The position numbers and the translations under genes are program-made. This document shows positions 36,101 to 49,450 of a stretch of DNA of 64,000 nucleotides, piece after piece. The number at the start of each line of letters is the position of its first letter. Position 1 is the stretch's first letter. Under the pieces are notes generated by a model, which searched no databases, had not been told where the DNA came from, and saw only the letters and a list, made by a program, of their open reading frames with translations. Origin of the DNA: Phoronis australis. Lineage: Eukaryota; Animalia; Phoronida. The stretch lies in the NCBI GenBank assembly GCA_002633005.1, contig NMRA01000282.1, positions 495,460-559,459 of the forward strand, in the 5' to 3' direction.

Positions 36101-39100
36101 TGGAGGGGCCATGGGTGTACCGTACAGCGTCTCGCCCCGCGCGCCAGCACAGAGCCCGACTTGACCACTGTGGACCACGACGGCGTTTCGCTGAACGCAA
36201 GACGTGCCTCCCCAAAAAATTGCAGGCGTCAGGGCTAAACCATGACAACCGGCATAGGTTTGGGGCCGGGGACAGTCGAGAAAGACTACGAATACAGATA
36301 GGAGAGAAAATTCAAGAGAAAAATTAACAACTCAGTATCAGTGCATGATTCACCCTTTTGGGAACCTGGCCAGGACATTGTTGTTAGGGTCTCCGTTTTG
36401 CTGCATACATGTAGATCGTCTAAACGCATTTGAAAACGTGCACTTCATCATTCATACATGTACTCCGAACAATCGAGAAAATTCGTAAAGCGAAGTTTTT
36501 GCGGAGCACATTAATTCAATGAATTTTTAAATTTAATAAGACAGTTTTGTAAATACAGAAATGCAAGATTATATTATCCAGAGGCCCTTCTCTAGCAAAG
36601 GACAACAAAGGCAACTGTCGCTCTATTTTTTCGTGTTTTTCCGTGTTTTTCTTTCTCTAAATTGTGTATCACTTGAGAAAATTGATGGCCTGGCAAGTAA
36701 CATCAATTGCTGTGCATTTCCAGACTTTTAGTCAAAATATAGATCTTTTCATATTTAGGGGCCCAGCGCTCGAAGAGGACCATTGATGACATTCAAGTGA
36801 CCACCCTTTTTTGTTTTGATTAGCAAATTAAGGGGCCGCTCACGAAGAGAGGGACCAATGTTGGAATCGATTATCTGCATTTCCTTGTTTTTCGTGAAAT
36901 CGTACAACCGGCTTTCATGCTGAGGAAAGTCACTTCTCACCCGACAATGGAATGAACTGTCACTCTTTTCCAAGCATAATGATTGTAGCCTTTCATCTTA
37001 GGTGTCCCAATTCAGACGGCACCCCTTCTCAGTGGCGCGGTTCGGCTATCCAACACTGCCAAGAATTCACGAGGGGAAGTTGAGATTCCAAATTCATCAA
37101 AAACAAAACAACCGTGAACAGCACAGTAGTATCAAAGCATTGGACCCAAACAACCAAAACTTTTCGAAAAATACAATACGATTGACCACAATCAGGAATT
37201 TTGAAGAGCATGAAGATCACTATTCATGAATAACACAAAAAGGCTACTTCCTGTGGTTAGTTATAAATAATGTTATATTATTCCAATAGTATCACAAGAA
37301 TAATATTTCTTTTTAAGTTCGTTACTAGGAATTGTTTGTAATGAATTCACAAATATCGAAAAGACTGGGGGCTACGATTTGTGATGACCGCGTACCTGTC
37401 GAACGTTTTTTTGGAGTTCAAGTTAAACTCGTGAACCGTGATAGGTACCTCGGAAATGGGCAAAAATACACCTTACTATGAATGCCTCATCTTCCATGTT
37501 CTCCGAGTTACCCACCAAAAATCTGCGATCATGCCTGCGGAAATTGCTTATAACATTCCGTTTTGATAAACAAATTCGTTGGTTTCTTGTTTACATGTTT
37601 ATGTATCTACGAAAACCGACAGGTTATTAGATAATTTTTGGCAATTAGAAGCTAATACTTTAAGAAATGATGATGTTTCAGTGAATCTATTTGAAGCTTG
37701 AATATGGAAAAACTCTGTAATCAGATAACAAAACAGTAAAGAGCAATTGGACGCTTCATGCTTATCTAAAATAACTCTCGAAGACATTGATAAATTTTCT
37801 TAAAAAACTGAATCATTTGCTTTCCATTCCTGTGCATACTACACACACAAAGCCCGTCATGACTGACGGAGCCACGATAAAAATAAGGTGTAACCATGCA
37901 GTGAGCCTGCGCAGAATTTCAGTGATCCACGGGAGCTGAATTAGAACTTCAGGCGTTAAGTGTGTACATTTTTAAGATACACTCTGTATCATTTGCCCCA
38001 GCCACAAGAAACTGGACTACCGGCTGTGTTTCATCAAGGGATTTTGAAACAGTCACAAAGGCACTCATGCCAGGGACCACGGGACCTCACCTGTCCAAAA
38101 ACTTCCTTCAAAGAATGGCCATGATAAAATGAAGTTTTCCCGAAACTTGATCATAATAAAACGAATCTTGACCTTGAAGCCAGCGCAAAGTAATACGCAC
38201 TAGCTAAGCTGCCTGTCTCAAGTGAATTACAGCTAAGCTGACCAGCGACTAGCTCTAGTTCATCGAACCCACTGTTGGATCCCAGCTACCCGTCAGTGCG
38301 CTGTCCCTAGACCCATTCTTACTGTCCGTGAAAATTTAACGCTTACTCAAATCCTGACGGCTGCATCTCAGGTATTACCCCCCAACCCACCTATGGCGGA
38401 CGTGGGGGCCGTTAAAGATATGGTGACATCCAGAGAACGTGGGGAGGGGTGGCGATATTAAGGAGGTAGGTTGACGAAGTCGAATGGGTTTGTGCCCCCC
38501 AATATTTTTGCATTCCTACGGGCCTGGTATGTAATATTTTCAGGGCTCCTTTTAGAAAGCGACACAAATGATCGATATTGTGACAGTGTTGAAAATGAGA
38601 CACCTCGGTTGAAGTTATACTCGTTGATGGTTTTGAATGGAACTGCCGGTGACCGAACTTACTCAATCGATCGAACTCAGCCGACCACCCGATAAAGGAC
38701 ACTTGTGTACGTACGGCCCACCCTAAGCTTGCTGATTGGAGCCAGAGCCGTTTCCGTCAATGACTTGGCTCTTCGACATTTTTGACGGCAGCAAAACACA
38801 AACGCTTCTCGCCTTGACAGAACATTGTTATGCCGTGTGACTGAGTCTTAGAACACAGCTATGCGTGTCCGCGCAGTAAAATAGTTCTCTATAATGCACA
38901 GTAACAATGAAACAGAGCGGCCAAACGCATAGCTATACTGTATGTTAAAATTGCATTTTGTAAAATTAAAATGGTAAAGATGTTATCGACACGAACAAAA
39001 ATCTATTCTTTTATGAATCAGGTAACAAAGCATTCACAACACAAGGCTGCGTCTTAATCTTCATGGGAATTCCCAGTAAAATGTTATTCAAGTTTGCTTT

Positions 39101-41923
39101 TGACACGGATATTTCGTTTAATTCTGGGTCAAAAAATACATTCAAAACCATATAAATCCATTTTCATGAAGAATTCTTTTACGGCTGCGTCCAAGCAGAA
39201 ATTTGTATGAAAACCAAGATACGCGATAACAGGGAATCCGTAGGCAACGCGACAATTAGATAAAGATCTTGGCTCGGCCTAAACATGTGTATTGCAGTCA
39301 ATGGACTTGTTAATTGCGCTTTAAGGCCCTCCGCACAAATCAATGGAAATTGAGAGAACGGTTTTCTTAGACCCTGCCCATCACGCCCAGCGCAGAATCA
39401 CACCTGCTAGTCTCGCGTCCGACTAAACGCTCTGGCTGTTGAGGGAAGTCAATCTCGCTCAGTCGTACATGGCAATGTTGTTTCACGTGATCACCATATT
39501 GTTGATAAGCCGTTGGGGTGTATTTATGTTGTCCTCTGCTTATTTTGTGCGTTACTTTTACTTTCGTGTTTATATTTAAATTTATCATCAAAATAAATCT
39601 ACCTACTAATCTCTCTACCTACCTACCTCTTTATCTATTTATCTACCTATTGATATTTGGCTTTATGTAAGCTAAATAATGCATTTTCTGGGAACTGCGA
39701 CAATCCCAAATACCAAGTGTTCATGCTGGCCGAGAGATGCAACGAGGTGCGTTTCAAAACCGAAAAGTAATGAAGAAATCCTAAGTGGCAAAATGGTGTA
39801 CACTGGAGTAGAATCTCTAAAAATCAAAGCAACTGTTGCCTTGAGCCTTTTATGCCGTGGATTTGTCTAGTGCGCCCACAAAGGGCCCCTGCCTTGCAGT
39901 TACAGGGCCAGTAAAACTTGAAAATGTGTTCCTTTGCATTAAAAAACGAGACTAATTCAACGCCAAGCTGTATGCCTACAAGCAGTAAAGTCAGTCTTGT
40001 CCCTTCACAATGCATATACCATGGCAATCCAATGCACGCGCTTGATTTAAATACTTTTTGAATCTGAAGATTCCATTTTCGAGGTTAATCATCAACACTA
40101 GAAAATGCATATTCAACTAAACCCAATGGAAAACATCACAGACGCGGACCATGCACACGTTTCTGTTCAGTACCATGGGAGCTTTTTGCCAAGGTCATTA
40201 ATTTTTTCATTCTTTCGGCATTTGAAAAAACAATTTACAATAAAATTAAACCATTACATGCAGTGGTCACTAATTTAGAAATCCATTAACGTTTATTAAA
40301 ATCTGAAAGAGCACTTGAAAAACAGCGATCTTGCAACCAGGTGAGTGGTTATCATCACTATAAACAACCCTAAACATAGATGCTAGATTCATAGGAGCCT
40401 TTTTCAAAGTCCCCGTTGATGAGATACTCAGTCTTCCCTCCTCGGAATATCGCAAAAGAAAAGTTTTCGAAAAATTTGTGGCAATCGAATTTTCTTGGAA
40501 TTCTCTATTTGTAGCATAATAAATGACTAGATTGCTAGGCTTCCGCTTAACTGTCTATACTAAGAACAGGATTTTTATCGGCGACAAATTGTTGTGTCCA
40601 TAGACACAATGCCATCTTTCCTGAAAAACCAGCACACATGATACGACTTGTCATAACCGACAATGTCGGCGATGAAAGCCGTACCGTGTGTGGTGTTTGA
40701 CGTCAAATCAGTACTCCTCTCACTAACTGGCAAAAACGCTAGCATCTTCGACAATAGCAAAAAACATAGATGTAAAAACAATGTGATATATTTGTCAATG
40801 AAAAAACGCCAGTCAAGTGAATAGTTACACGTGTTACTTCTACTGGCGTTTTGCTTCAGGTTTGAGTTACTCCTGAAGTTTCCGCTAGCACTTTTGTAGC
40901 CAGAGAACTTAATTCAAAGAACACACATTGCGCAGTGATAAAAGACCCTTTTCGAAGTTAGTCTCATGGCAGAAAGTAAAGTCAACGTGTGTTGACATAA
41001 ATTGTCATAACGTCCCATATTGTGACAATTTGGGCCAACGCTGTACACTCAAATTGTGACAATTTGGGCCAGCGCTGTAAACCCGAATTTTCACAATTTG
41101 CCCAAATTGTCATAGCAATTGTCACAACGGCCCAAAATGTCACAATAATGTAAGGTGTGTCAGGGGAATATTCTAGCTATGAAGACTGGATGTTCCGTCG
41201 GGACACGCTTTCCCAATTACAAGATGAAAACTGATGTTGCGGTGGTAATAATTCGAGAGAACGGTCACCAGATTCAGCGTGTGCATGTATAGACCGTCAA
41301 AGTTGGGTTGGAGAGCATTTCGTATTCCAATACCATGAGAGCAGACCCACTCTTAAAGTGGCCTAGAACGTTTAAAACATTATTCAAAGTGACGCTTTTT
41401 TAAAAGAATGCGGTTAAAATACCATGCTATTGATCATGTGATATTTTACTCCACCTGCTCAACGTTAGACTGCGAGCGCGGGGGTTGCAGGTTCTGAATG
41501 CGCCTTCTGGCTGATCATACAGAAAACATTTTATTTCACCGACAACGTCCTTTTAAATCATTCATAAGATTGCTCGATCTCAACTTCTTCCATACTCATA
41601 TTAGAGTTGATTTCTGGATTTGGCAAGAACTGGCAGTTTTTTTATTGATATATCAGTTGGTTTGTCATGGTGTGTCATTTTTTGAGCAGACTATGTAGTT
41701 GACCGTGGGGTAGAGGAATACGAAGAAAGCTTGTAAGGCCAATGGGCTACTGTGGGACAAAAGCAATCACTAGACACCAGCATCATCATACCTGGTCCAA
41801 TTACACCTCTTTCTTGCAGTCTTGCGTAATTCACTTTCCACTATTCAAAGAAATTTATGGACTCGGAGTGAAATACGCAATTTTACATAATTAAATTGCA
41901 TATAACATATGAATAAATTAAGT

Positions 41924-42109
41924 AAATATAAAGACGCTGAGGTTGGCCAGTAATAAAATATATCAAATAAACACAGAACTCTAGAGGAACTCCAACTGGG
42001 AATCGAACCAGTGATAGAATCAGTGGTGAGAGCACTAGACCGGCAATCTAGCGACCTGTGGTTCGATTCCCAGTTGGGGTTCCTGATTTTTTCTTTGTTT
42101 ATTTGATAT
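41924..42109 (+). mobile_element. tRNA-derived SINE-like insertion with fold-back arms
   Basis: A-box-like tagaatcagtgg, stem ctaga/tctag, B-box ggttcgattccc; inverted copy of the T-arm/acceptor at 41985-42010; 12-bp TSD aataaattaagt / aatagattaagt; empty site in paralog near 55545. Confidence 0.65.
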
Positions 42110-44589
42110 AATAGATTAAGTGCTGTTGAACAAAACTCAGGCAGCTGGTTCCACCTCAGAGTCATCACATCTCTTGATTGGTGAACACCTTGGAAGCTTT
42201 TCGAGGCAACACGAACAAAACCCTTATGACAAGGCCTGTTTTGTAGGGGCTAATTATGTAGTCATGATTTCGATTCTTCAGAAAGTATAACAGGAGGAAA
42301 TTTAGTTTTAATATTAATGTATTACGAATTGTTCTATTGTTATATTATATCGAGAATTTCTTATTTAAAGTGGTATTCACACATTTTGAAACATAAAAGA
42401 AAATTGTAGCAAAACGTTGCCTTCGTTGTCCACAATTACAAAGAATGTCACACACAAAGTTCTAAGTTGGTGCCATCGACAAATATCACCAGTCACTCCA
42501 CACCGAAGTCTTGTGAGAAAATGTTACTGAGTGTGATTTTTGGTGGTGTGACGTCACGAAACGAGTACAAAAAACAACAAAGTAACCATTGTCAAGGGAC
42601 ACTAAATTTTTACCGAAAACTTCCAGTCTACTTTATCACAATTGGCAAAGTGCCAAATTTGATTTTTCATCATTAATTAAGTCTATAGCTATGCGTTGCG
42701 TTTGTGACGTCACACAAAGCAGAAACAACATATCAACTATATGCGATCAGCAAACCATATCAACAACATAAAATGTTGTACACGTTGCGCATACGTTTAG
42801 TCATACATTTGTTTATGTAGGCAGCAAGTTTTCTTTAATGATTTGCTGGACTTATCGAACAGCTGGCTCTATTCAGACCACTATGTATAAATCCACTGTA
42901 GATTTTACCTCAGCAAAATATATATTTTCTGAAATTAGAAAACTTAAAGAATTCGATTTTTGTTCTTTTACCAATCTGCACTTGATTGGACCACGTGACA
43001 ATGTATTTATATTAAAATGTCGCAAAAAGAAATATTATTGATCATACTATTAATTTCAGGACAACAAGAGTCTGGAACAAAACGCATTTATCCAAATAAT
43101 CGCTAACCTAGTAGGTCGAAAAGGTAGAATTATTCAAGTAGTTGCTTCTAAATTCTTTCTAAAATAAGACACTAAAATCTCCTTTTTCTACTTTTATCGA
43201 TTTGCTATTTCCCAGTTTTAATTCGTTAAGTGCGTAACAGTCTTAAATGTAATTTTTGACCTATTTATTCGGCATGGATTGATTGAAAATACCTTAGGGT
43301 ACAACACAAAACAATGCAATACAACACAAAAACGTTACATACCTGTCAAAACACAACTGGTGTCTCAGGAAATAGAGATTAACCACGCCCCATTGACTTA
43401 GAACTATTGAAACAAGCTTTGAAAGGAGTCACCAGGCCGGCACAATTTTTGTAGCAAGCTTATAAAATTCTACCACAGTATTCCCCAGATGGAAGAATAA
43501 TCAGCTGCGTATTGATTTTTGATGTGTTTAAATCGAGCGGCGTAATAATTGTTAGGGCAAGCTACGGGAGTCGTATGCAAATTACCTGAGGTAATCGTTC
43601 TCCTACGGTGGCTGGGGCAGGACATGTTAACTTATTTTTTCCTAACTCGAGCGCCTGACTTATAACTGGAGCATGGAAACGACGCTGACCTTGAACATGA
43701 AAGCTTCCGTAACGAATTTCTTTCATGTAGGTCTCAGTCAAACTGAAATATACACTGTTCTCGCTGAAAAGATTCCATTGCAGATAATAGGTTTCTGATA
43801 GATAAAAAGGGGCAAACTTGTATTATGTAGCGTTAAAATATAGTGTGGATAGTTCATTACATTGGTTGCAGTGTAGGACTTTCCACAGAAGTTTATTAAA
43901 CCCATTTTCTTCACAAAATAAAAATTAGTTAAAATTTCCTGATAAATAAGTGAAGTGTACGTAAACAAGAAACAACGGAACACATTTTACGACTGTTATG
44001 TTACTAAAGAATTGAAATGTGGACGTAACGTAGTCGTAACAAAGAGTCAATGTTTAACTTGAGGACCTGCTGCATAATTGTTTCGATCAACATTCGACAA
44101 CGAAAACAACGGGACAATATTGAAAAACGGGACTTGCGGATAAAAAGCAAGACATTTGGGTCTAAGCCAAAATGTCAGGGCGAAATGTTCGCCGCAACAC
44201 ACAAAAAAGTCTCGACAACGTTTTTTGCCGAACGGGAAACGTAGCACCCAAAAGTATCCGGAGGCGTTTTTTGTTTTTTTTTTAGTCGAATGGGATACTC
44301 TCGTGGAACTCGTGCCCGCTTAGCGAATAATCGCAGCTTGCTGGCGAGATGAGCAAAAGTGCTTTTGCCAGTCACCTTCGGGAACCATTCAACATTAATT
44401 GTTGTGAAACCTGATCGATGCAACAACTAATTTTTCATTATCGATGGCTCATTGTAATCGTGAGTGCAACATTTAAACTATGGTTCACTCGACGACAAGT
44501 CAGCACTCGGGTTTTCGCCTGCGTTTTGCAATAGGCGGTCGTTTTGGAAATTTCAGCACCGAAATCCTCAACTGTCGGCTTCTACTCTA

Positions 44590-44852
44590 TTAAAAGATAA
44601 GTGATACACATGTTGGTATATTCTGAGAACGTAAAAACTGAGCAGCAAGCATTTTCTTTACATTGATTCAAACAATGGACCGTACTTCGGGCATATTTAA
44701 AGTCTGAACTTTCTTGGTGATGTTTACAAACAAGAAGTACACATCAACACGTCAAGCGTATATTCTGACTTGCTCGGGGTTCACATATTCCGGGGCGCTG
44801 CAGGAGTCTGACACAGAGGATGTCTGGCAATCTTTCTTACAAGCTTGATGGC
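44590..44852 (-). pseudogene. Degraded PAN-like exon (paralog of 22466-22725)
   Basis: tttcacag acceptor; GHQACKKDCQTSS...; in-frame TGA and indels. Confidence 0.7.
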
Positions 44853-45654
44853 CTGTGAAACATCGGCAGATGTTTTTATTTCTAAAAATCTATTAACCCA
44901 TTTACACAAATATTAGATTGGCACCACGTTTCGGTTGGTCATGTATGGGGTGTTGCAGTCTATCAGCGTTTTAGACGTACATGTAAAAGTGTCTGGTGCC
45001 CTCTTGGTGGACATTGATTAGCTCCATTTTCACGGACAACAGTGCGAATGAATCTTTCGGTCCTAAGTTTGACACTCGGTAAAACCTCAAGATGCCAGGA
45101 GAAATGACTGACCGAAACTTTGTGGCAATATGAATACGCTGAGGGTAGGTGGGGATATGTCTTAGAAATCATTTTACAACGCCACCACCTTAAATTGTTT
45201 TGAGAAAGCTCGTTTTTTAACCATTTTCGGTATTGGAATGAATGACAGTAACGAATACTTACAAGTCGACTCCACTGGTGTCACCGGGCTTAAAAAACAT
45301 TAGTCCAAAAAGATAATGCTGAGTTAGGACAGGTCCAAAATCCGGTCGTAAGCACGTTGATGGACAATTGGTGCTGCGTTAATTGTTAAAAGTGCGAAAC
45401 GTATCTGAAATGACTAACTTTTTATGTTAGGATTTCTAAGTTAAAACGACCCCTGTCTTCAGAAGCCAAGTTGATGGACAATATGTAAATTAAAATCCAA
45501 GCATTGATCGCCTTAGCTATAAAACTAAACACGTCTAATATAACGTTCTCCTGAAGATAAAATGAGAGGGCGTCATGTCTGGTTAGAGAATATTTTATGG
45601 TGTCGTTTTCTGGACAAATAAAGCTTCATTATCGATTACGCATTATTCACTCAC

Positions 45655-45990
45655 CGGAACAAAATAGTACTAGACAGTACTCCCATCTCATGGAAGGTTC
45701 AGTTGTGTAACACCAGGGCGACTTTTCCACGCCTGGGTTCCTGCAGAAGTTTTCAATTGTGTCCGCATTACTCTTAGTATGAGTATGAGGATTTTGAGTA
45801 TCCCATCTCTGATACGTCCTTCCCGACACTGTGACCGACATGGTTCCACTGTAATCCTCGCCAGACGCGAGGAACTTAATTCACGGCCGTCTGTAATAAC
45901 TGTTGTCGAAGGAGGCCGATTATGGTATTGTTGACTCGTTTGACAAATGGACGCCAGCAGTACAAATATATAAATATTAAGATTATGAGC
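45655..45990 (-). pseudogene. Frameshifted signal peptide-kringle exon (paralog of 23531-23888)
   Basis: 1-nt deletion in the first Cys codon (GAA T-T AAG), C->Y in RTYQRW; 236 nt from the internal acceptor; YIFVLLASICQT leader retained. Confidence 0.8.
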
Positions 45991-47401
45991 AACCTAAAAA
46001 TACCAAATTTTACAACATCGTATCCTCAAAACATTTAGACATTGTGAATCACGCACTCTCCTCCAAAAAGCTCATTTTTAATTTTTCATTTCTCATCAAA
46101 CACTAGTTAAAATTGGCCTTTTTATCACTTTTATTGAGACTGGGCCTATGCATCAAACAAAATCGAGAAAGTAATTTAATAAAGTGCGACATCGGTTTCG
46201 ACAGTTCGCCATTAATAATTTTATCAAAAACTTGGATAAAGTTGTTTTGAAATAATTATATCTTTCTTTTTATTAATTTTAAGTAAAAATTCATGACGAC
46301 GAGACGCGGATCGCCGGAACGGACCCGTAATTCAACATCCCAACCTCACCGACCAAATAAATCACTTCAGTGGCTTCCATGTTGCTAGGTTACCCTGCTA
46401 AGGTCTTGAGCGCAATCGGATGACTTCGAAAACTTGTGTCATTCTGCTTTTTCGCGACCGTTGCTAAATTTCAGGCAAATGAACATTGGAGACATTTTCA
46501 GCTTAAATTTCTAGGCAATAGGATTTAGAATCTTGTCTCCCAGGAAGTAATCGTGAATTTGCTGCTTGGGGAGAAAACAAAAAATCGCAAAGTTTCGATC
46601 ATGTTTGGCATTTAGATTTATTTGTTTTAGACACAGCAATGAAAAACACATGGTTTCGTTGATTTTGTTTATCTAAGAAACACCATGGAGTGCGCTTTCT
46701 ACAAGTTTTGCATTTTTCCATTTTTCAGAGTGAAATCAGCTACCAAAGACTTTCATTGAAGCACTTCATATTTTTGACGAGATTAGGCGTTAGGGTATGG
46801 GCGATATTCACCCTCCCGAAAAAAGCACAAACAAGTCATTGTCATACGACATTGACTGACATCATACATATGACTTTTGTTTCAGATTTCGAATAACAGG
46901 TTACTTAATTTGAAAAAAGGGAGATTTTGCGTTGAGTTTTTGTTATTATAGAAATAAAATGACTATGAACTCCGCGTTCCGTCCAAGAAACGAACCTTTG
47001 ACTTAGACCTCCTCTCGCTATAAAGTTGATGTCAACTTGTTCCTTACTTAGATGAGAAGTGATTTCTGAGTTTGCAAAGAACTGAAAGTTCATTATTGAG
47101 GTTTTGAGACCAAGGTTTTTACTTAGAATGTCACGTCGTGATAAGTCAACTTGTACACCCTGGTCTTATGCAAAAACGAATTGTCAGATCTTCCGAAGTC
47201 CTGAAATCACCTCTAATTTGACTAAGGTACAACTTGAGCCCAAATACTGAACTGAAAGTGGTGTAGCTCAAAAATCGTTTTCTTGTGACACAAATCGGGT
47301 TTATAAGTAAGCCGCCGCTACATCAAATTTCTCTATGATGTCATACTAAACATATAAGTAGACCTTATGTGTAAATTAAATTCTTGATAAAACGATCTAA
47401 T

Positions 47402-49450
47402 GGGGCTATTCGACGAATTCTCTTCGCGGTGTCGCTGCTGTACTAGTGGTGATTGAATTGCGCATGCGTCGCTGTTTGCCTATAAACAACTGGTAAAAAG
47501 ACAAAATTGTTATCAAAAATGTCCTCGCACTAAGCCTTGTTATTGTTATTTTCCCGTGTGGTAAAAAAATCTCAACAGATCTAAGGTTACTACATGCGTG
47601 GAGAATAACGGTCAAAAGGGTCTACCAATAGACAAAAAGTGTTTGGATGCCGAAGCCTCACCCCAGGTGTGTGCTCTATGCATTTCCATTGAGAGACTAC
47701 ATAATCACGTTACTTGGTAAGTTTTTAGCCATTAGTTTCTATTGACATCGTTCAGTGATGTTATTCCCAACAGTTACCTTTCTGAATAAGGGTTTATTCA
47801 GTGAAACCAAGTGTTTCTTTTCAGTAACTCACCCGGTACCCGGATGGTAGGCTAGCAGCACATATTGATTATCCTGGGTAGGAGTGCTCCCAATATAAGA
47901 AGTGTATGGGACGCGCAGCTCAGAAGTCAAGGGTGAATTTTTCACAGCAGTTACTCTTCAAAACTATGCTACGTCCAATAAAATCATCTAGATGGGTGAG
48001 TTTTTTTGTTTTATACCGGACCCTACCCCCAGGACTACCAGATTAGTTAACGAATTAACATGAATGATCTATTAAGTAAATTCGTAACATTGCATTGGAA
48101 TAAATGTTGACATCAAGAATGAATTTTATTTGTTGAGATGAGAAACATATTTTTGGTGTCACGAAAAACACATATTTTAATTCACTTTTAGCCTGTTTCA
48201 AATATTTTGATTTAGATCTAAACTAAGGCTTGGGTACAAAGATTATTAGTTTCTACATATAAACATGAAGATGAAATGTCAAGTATGTTCTGCCTTACAA
48301 AAGTAGTTTATCTTATGATTTCTTTTTTTAATTTGCTAATATTTCTCTGACTATTCTGTTACAGGTGAGAGAAAGCGAATGAAACCAGCCGCCTTATCGT
48401 CTACTTTACCTTTCGACAAAGTGAAAAGCAGTCCTTCAGCAAAAACCTGAGAGAATTAAATCTCTCAATTCAGAAAGTCAGCCCTTGATATCCCTGATTA
48501 TGGACTCTGTTGCATTGACAAAATTAAAATTGTTTTTAACAATATTGTTCTTATGTATGTATGTGGTTGTTCAGTTTGCCATTTTGTTTTTAAATACACT
48601 GGTTATTGTTTATTCTCGAATCTTGTGCAAAGCAGATTCTAATCCAGCTAGCTACGATTGAAAACATACTTTGCTTGCACGTGGTATTGGTAATCATTTC
48701 ACCTTCATAAAGAAACAGTGCAGTTGCACTATATGGGGCTTTAAAACTGAAGAAATATTGCGGTTTGAATAATTAGTAACAAACTTGCCTGCAGATGAAA
48801 ATTTATTCGATCATCAAGGAGTACTTTTTACTGACAATAAGACAATCGATGCAGTCACTGAAAAGTTTTTACCATTAGTACAAAGTCTTTCTTCCGAAAG
48901 GAAAAACTGATGTCACTCAGTGAGGAAGGACAGGTATTTGTACCAGATGCTTTTGGTTTTTATTTCACTGGGATCTAGTTTCAATGGCCTAAAGAAGCGC
49001 TGTAAAAAGGTCCAGTTTTGGCACGTGGCTTTCCTTCATGTAACCTTATACAGCCTCAATGACATCCACAATTAGGTCCTTGAAGGTAAACAACATATCA
49101 CTTGACTCGCTTTGTGCCCAAAATCTGACCCTGGACTAGACCAGAGTGCTACTAGGTCTTCTTTAGCTGCAGTCCCTCATGTTTCTTCCAGGAAAGGAAA
49201 TAAACAAATATTGTCCACACATGACTCATTGCCTATGAAAGGGCATCCTCACTAATGAGGCTGGCTGGTGCAGCAGCCAGATATAGTTCCTCTTCACACA
49301 CAAACAATCCAATGGCACATTGTAACTTAGTATTGCCATTCATACTTCTCCAGAGCCTCTGGCTTGTGTATTGGGCCATGTAGCACTGCTGGTGTGTATA
49401 CAAGCTGTGGAAAGGAGTAACAAAGCTTGTCTATGTTGCGGCTTTAAGTG
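47402..49450. mobile_element. Decayed DNA transposon with THAP (+ strand) and YqaJ/lambda-exonuclease-like (- strand) genes; ISL2EU-like
   Basis: + strand 47550-47717: WRITVKR...WMPKPH.RVCSMHF..DY|gtaag, continuing after ttacag at 48365. - strand 49404-48985: PAVLHG...EALEKY...GLFV..E.YLAAAP...VQGQ...KDLIVDVI...VPKL. Starts AT|GGG; right TIR not found. Confidence 0.6.

Larger units (their letters stand above)
39400..47310. repeat. Older segmental paralog of the kringle-PAN locus (matches 1290-2575, 22244-24170 and 26640-27050)
   Basis: Colinear diverged matches, e.g. 39690 ~ 1540, 40340 ~ 2250, 44347 agatgagcaaaagtg ~ 22244, 46330 ~ 26660. Confidence 0.85.

Noticed and set aside
42010-42085. 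Functional tRNA gene
   Set aside because: The 5' acceptor strand is missing, the anticodon loop lacks the invariant U, and it sits in a TSD-flanked insert absent from the paralog.
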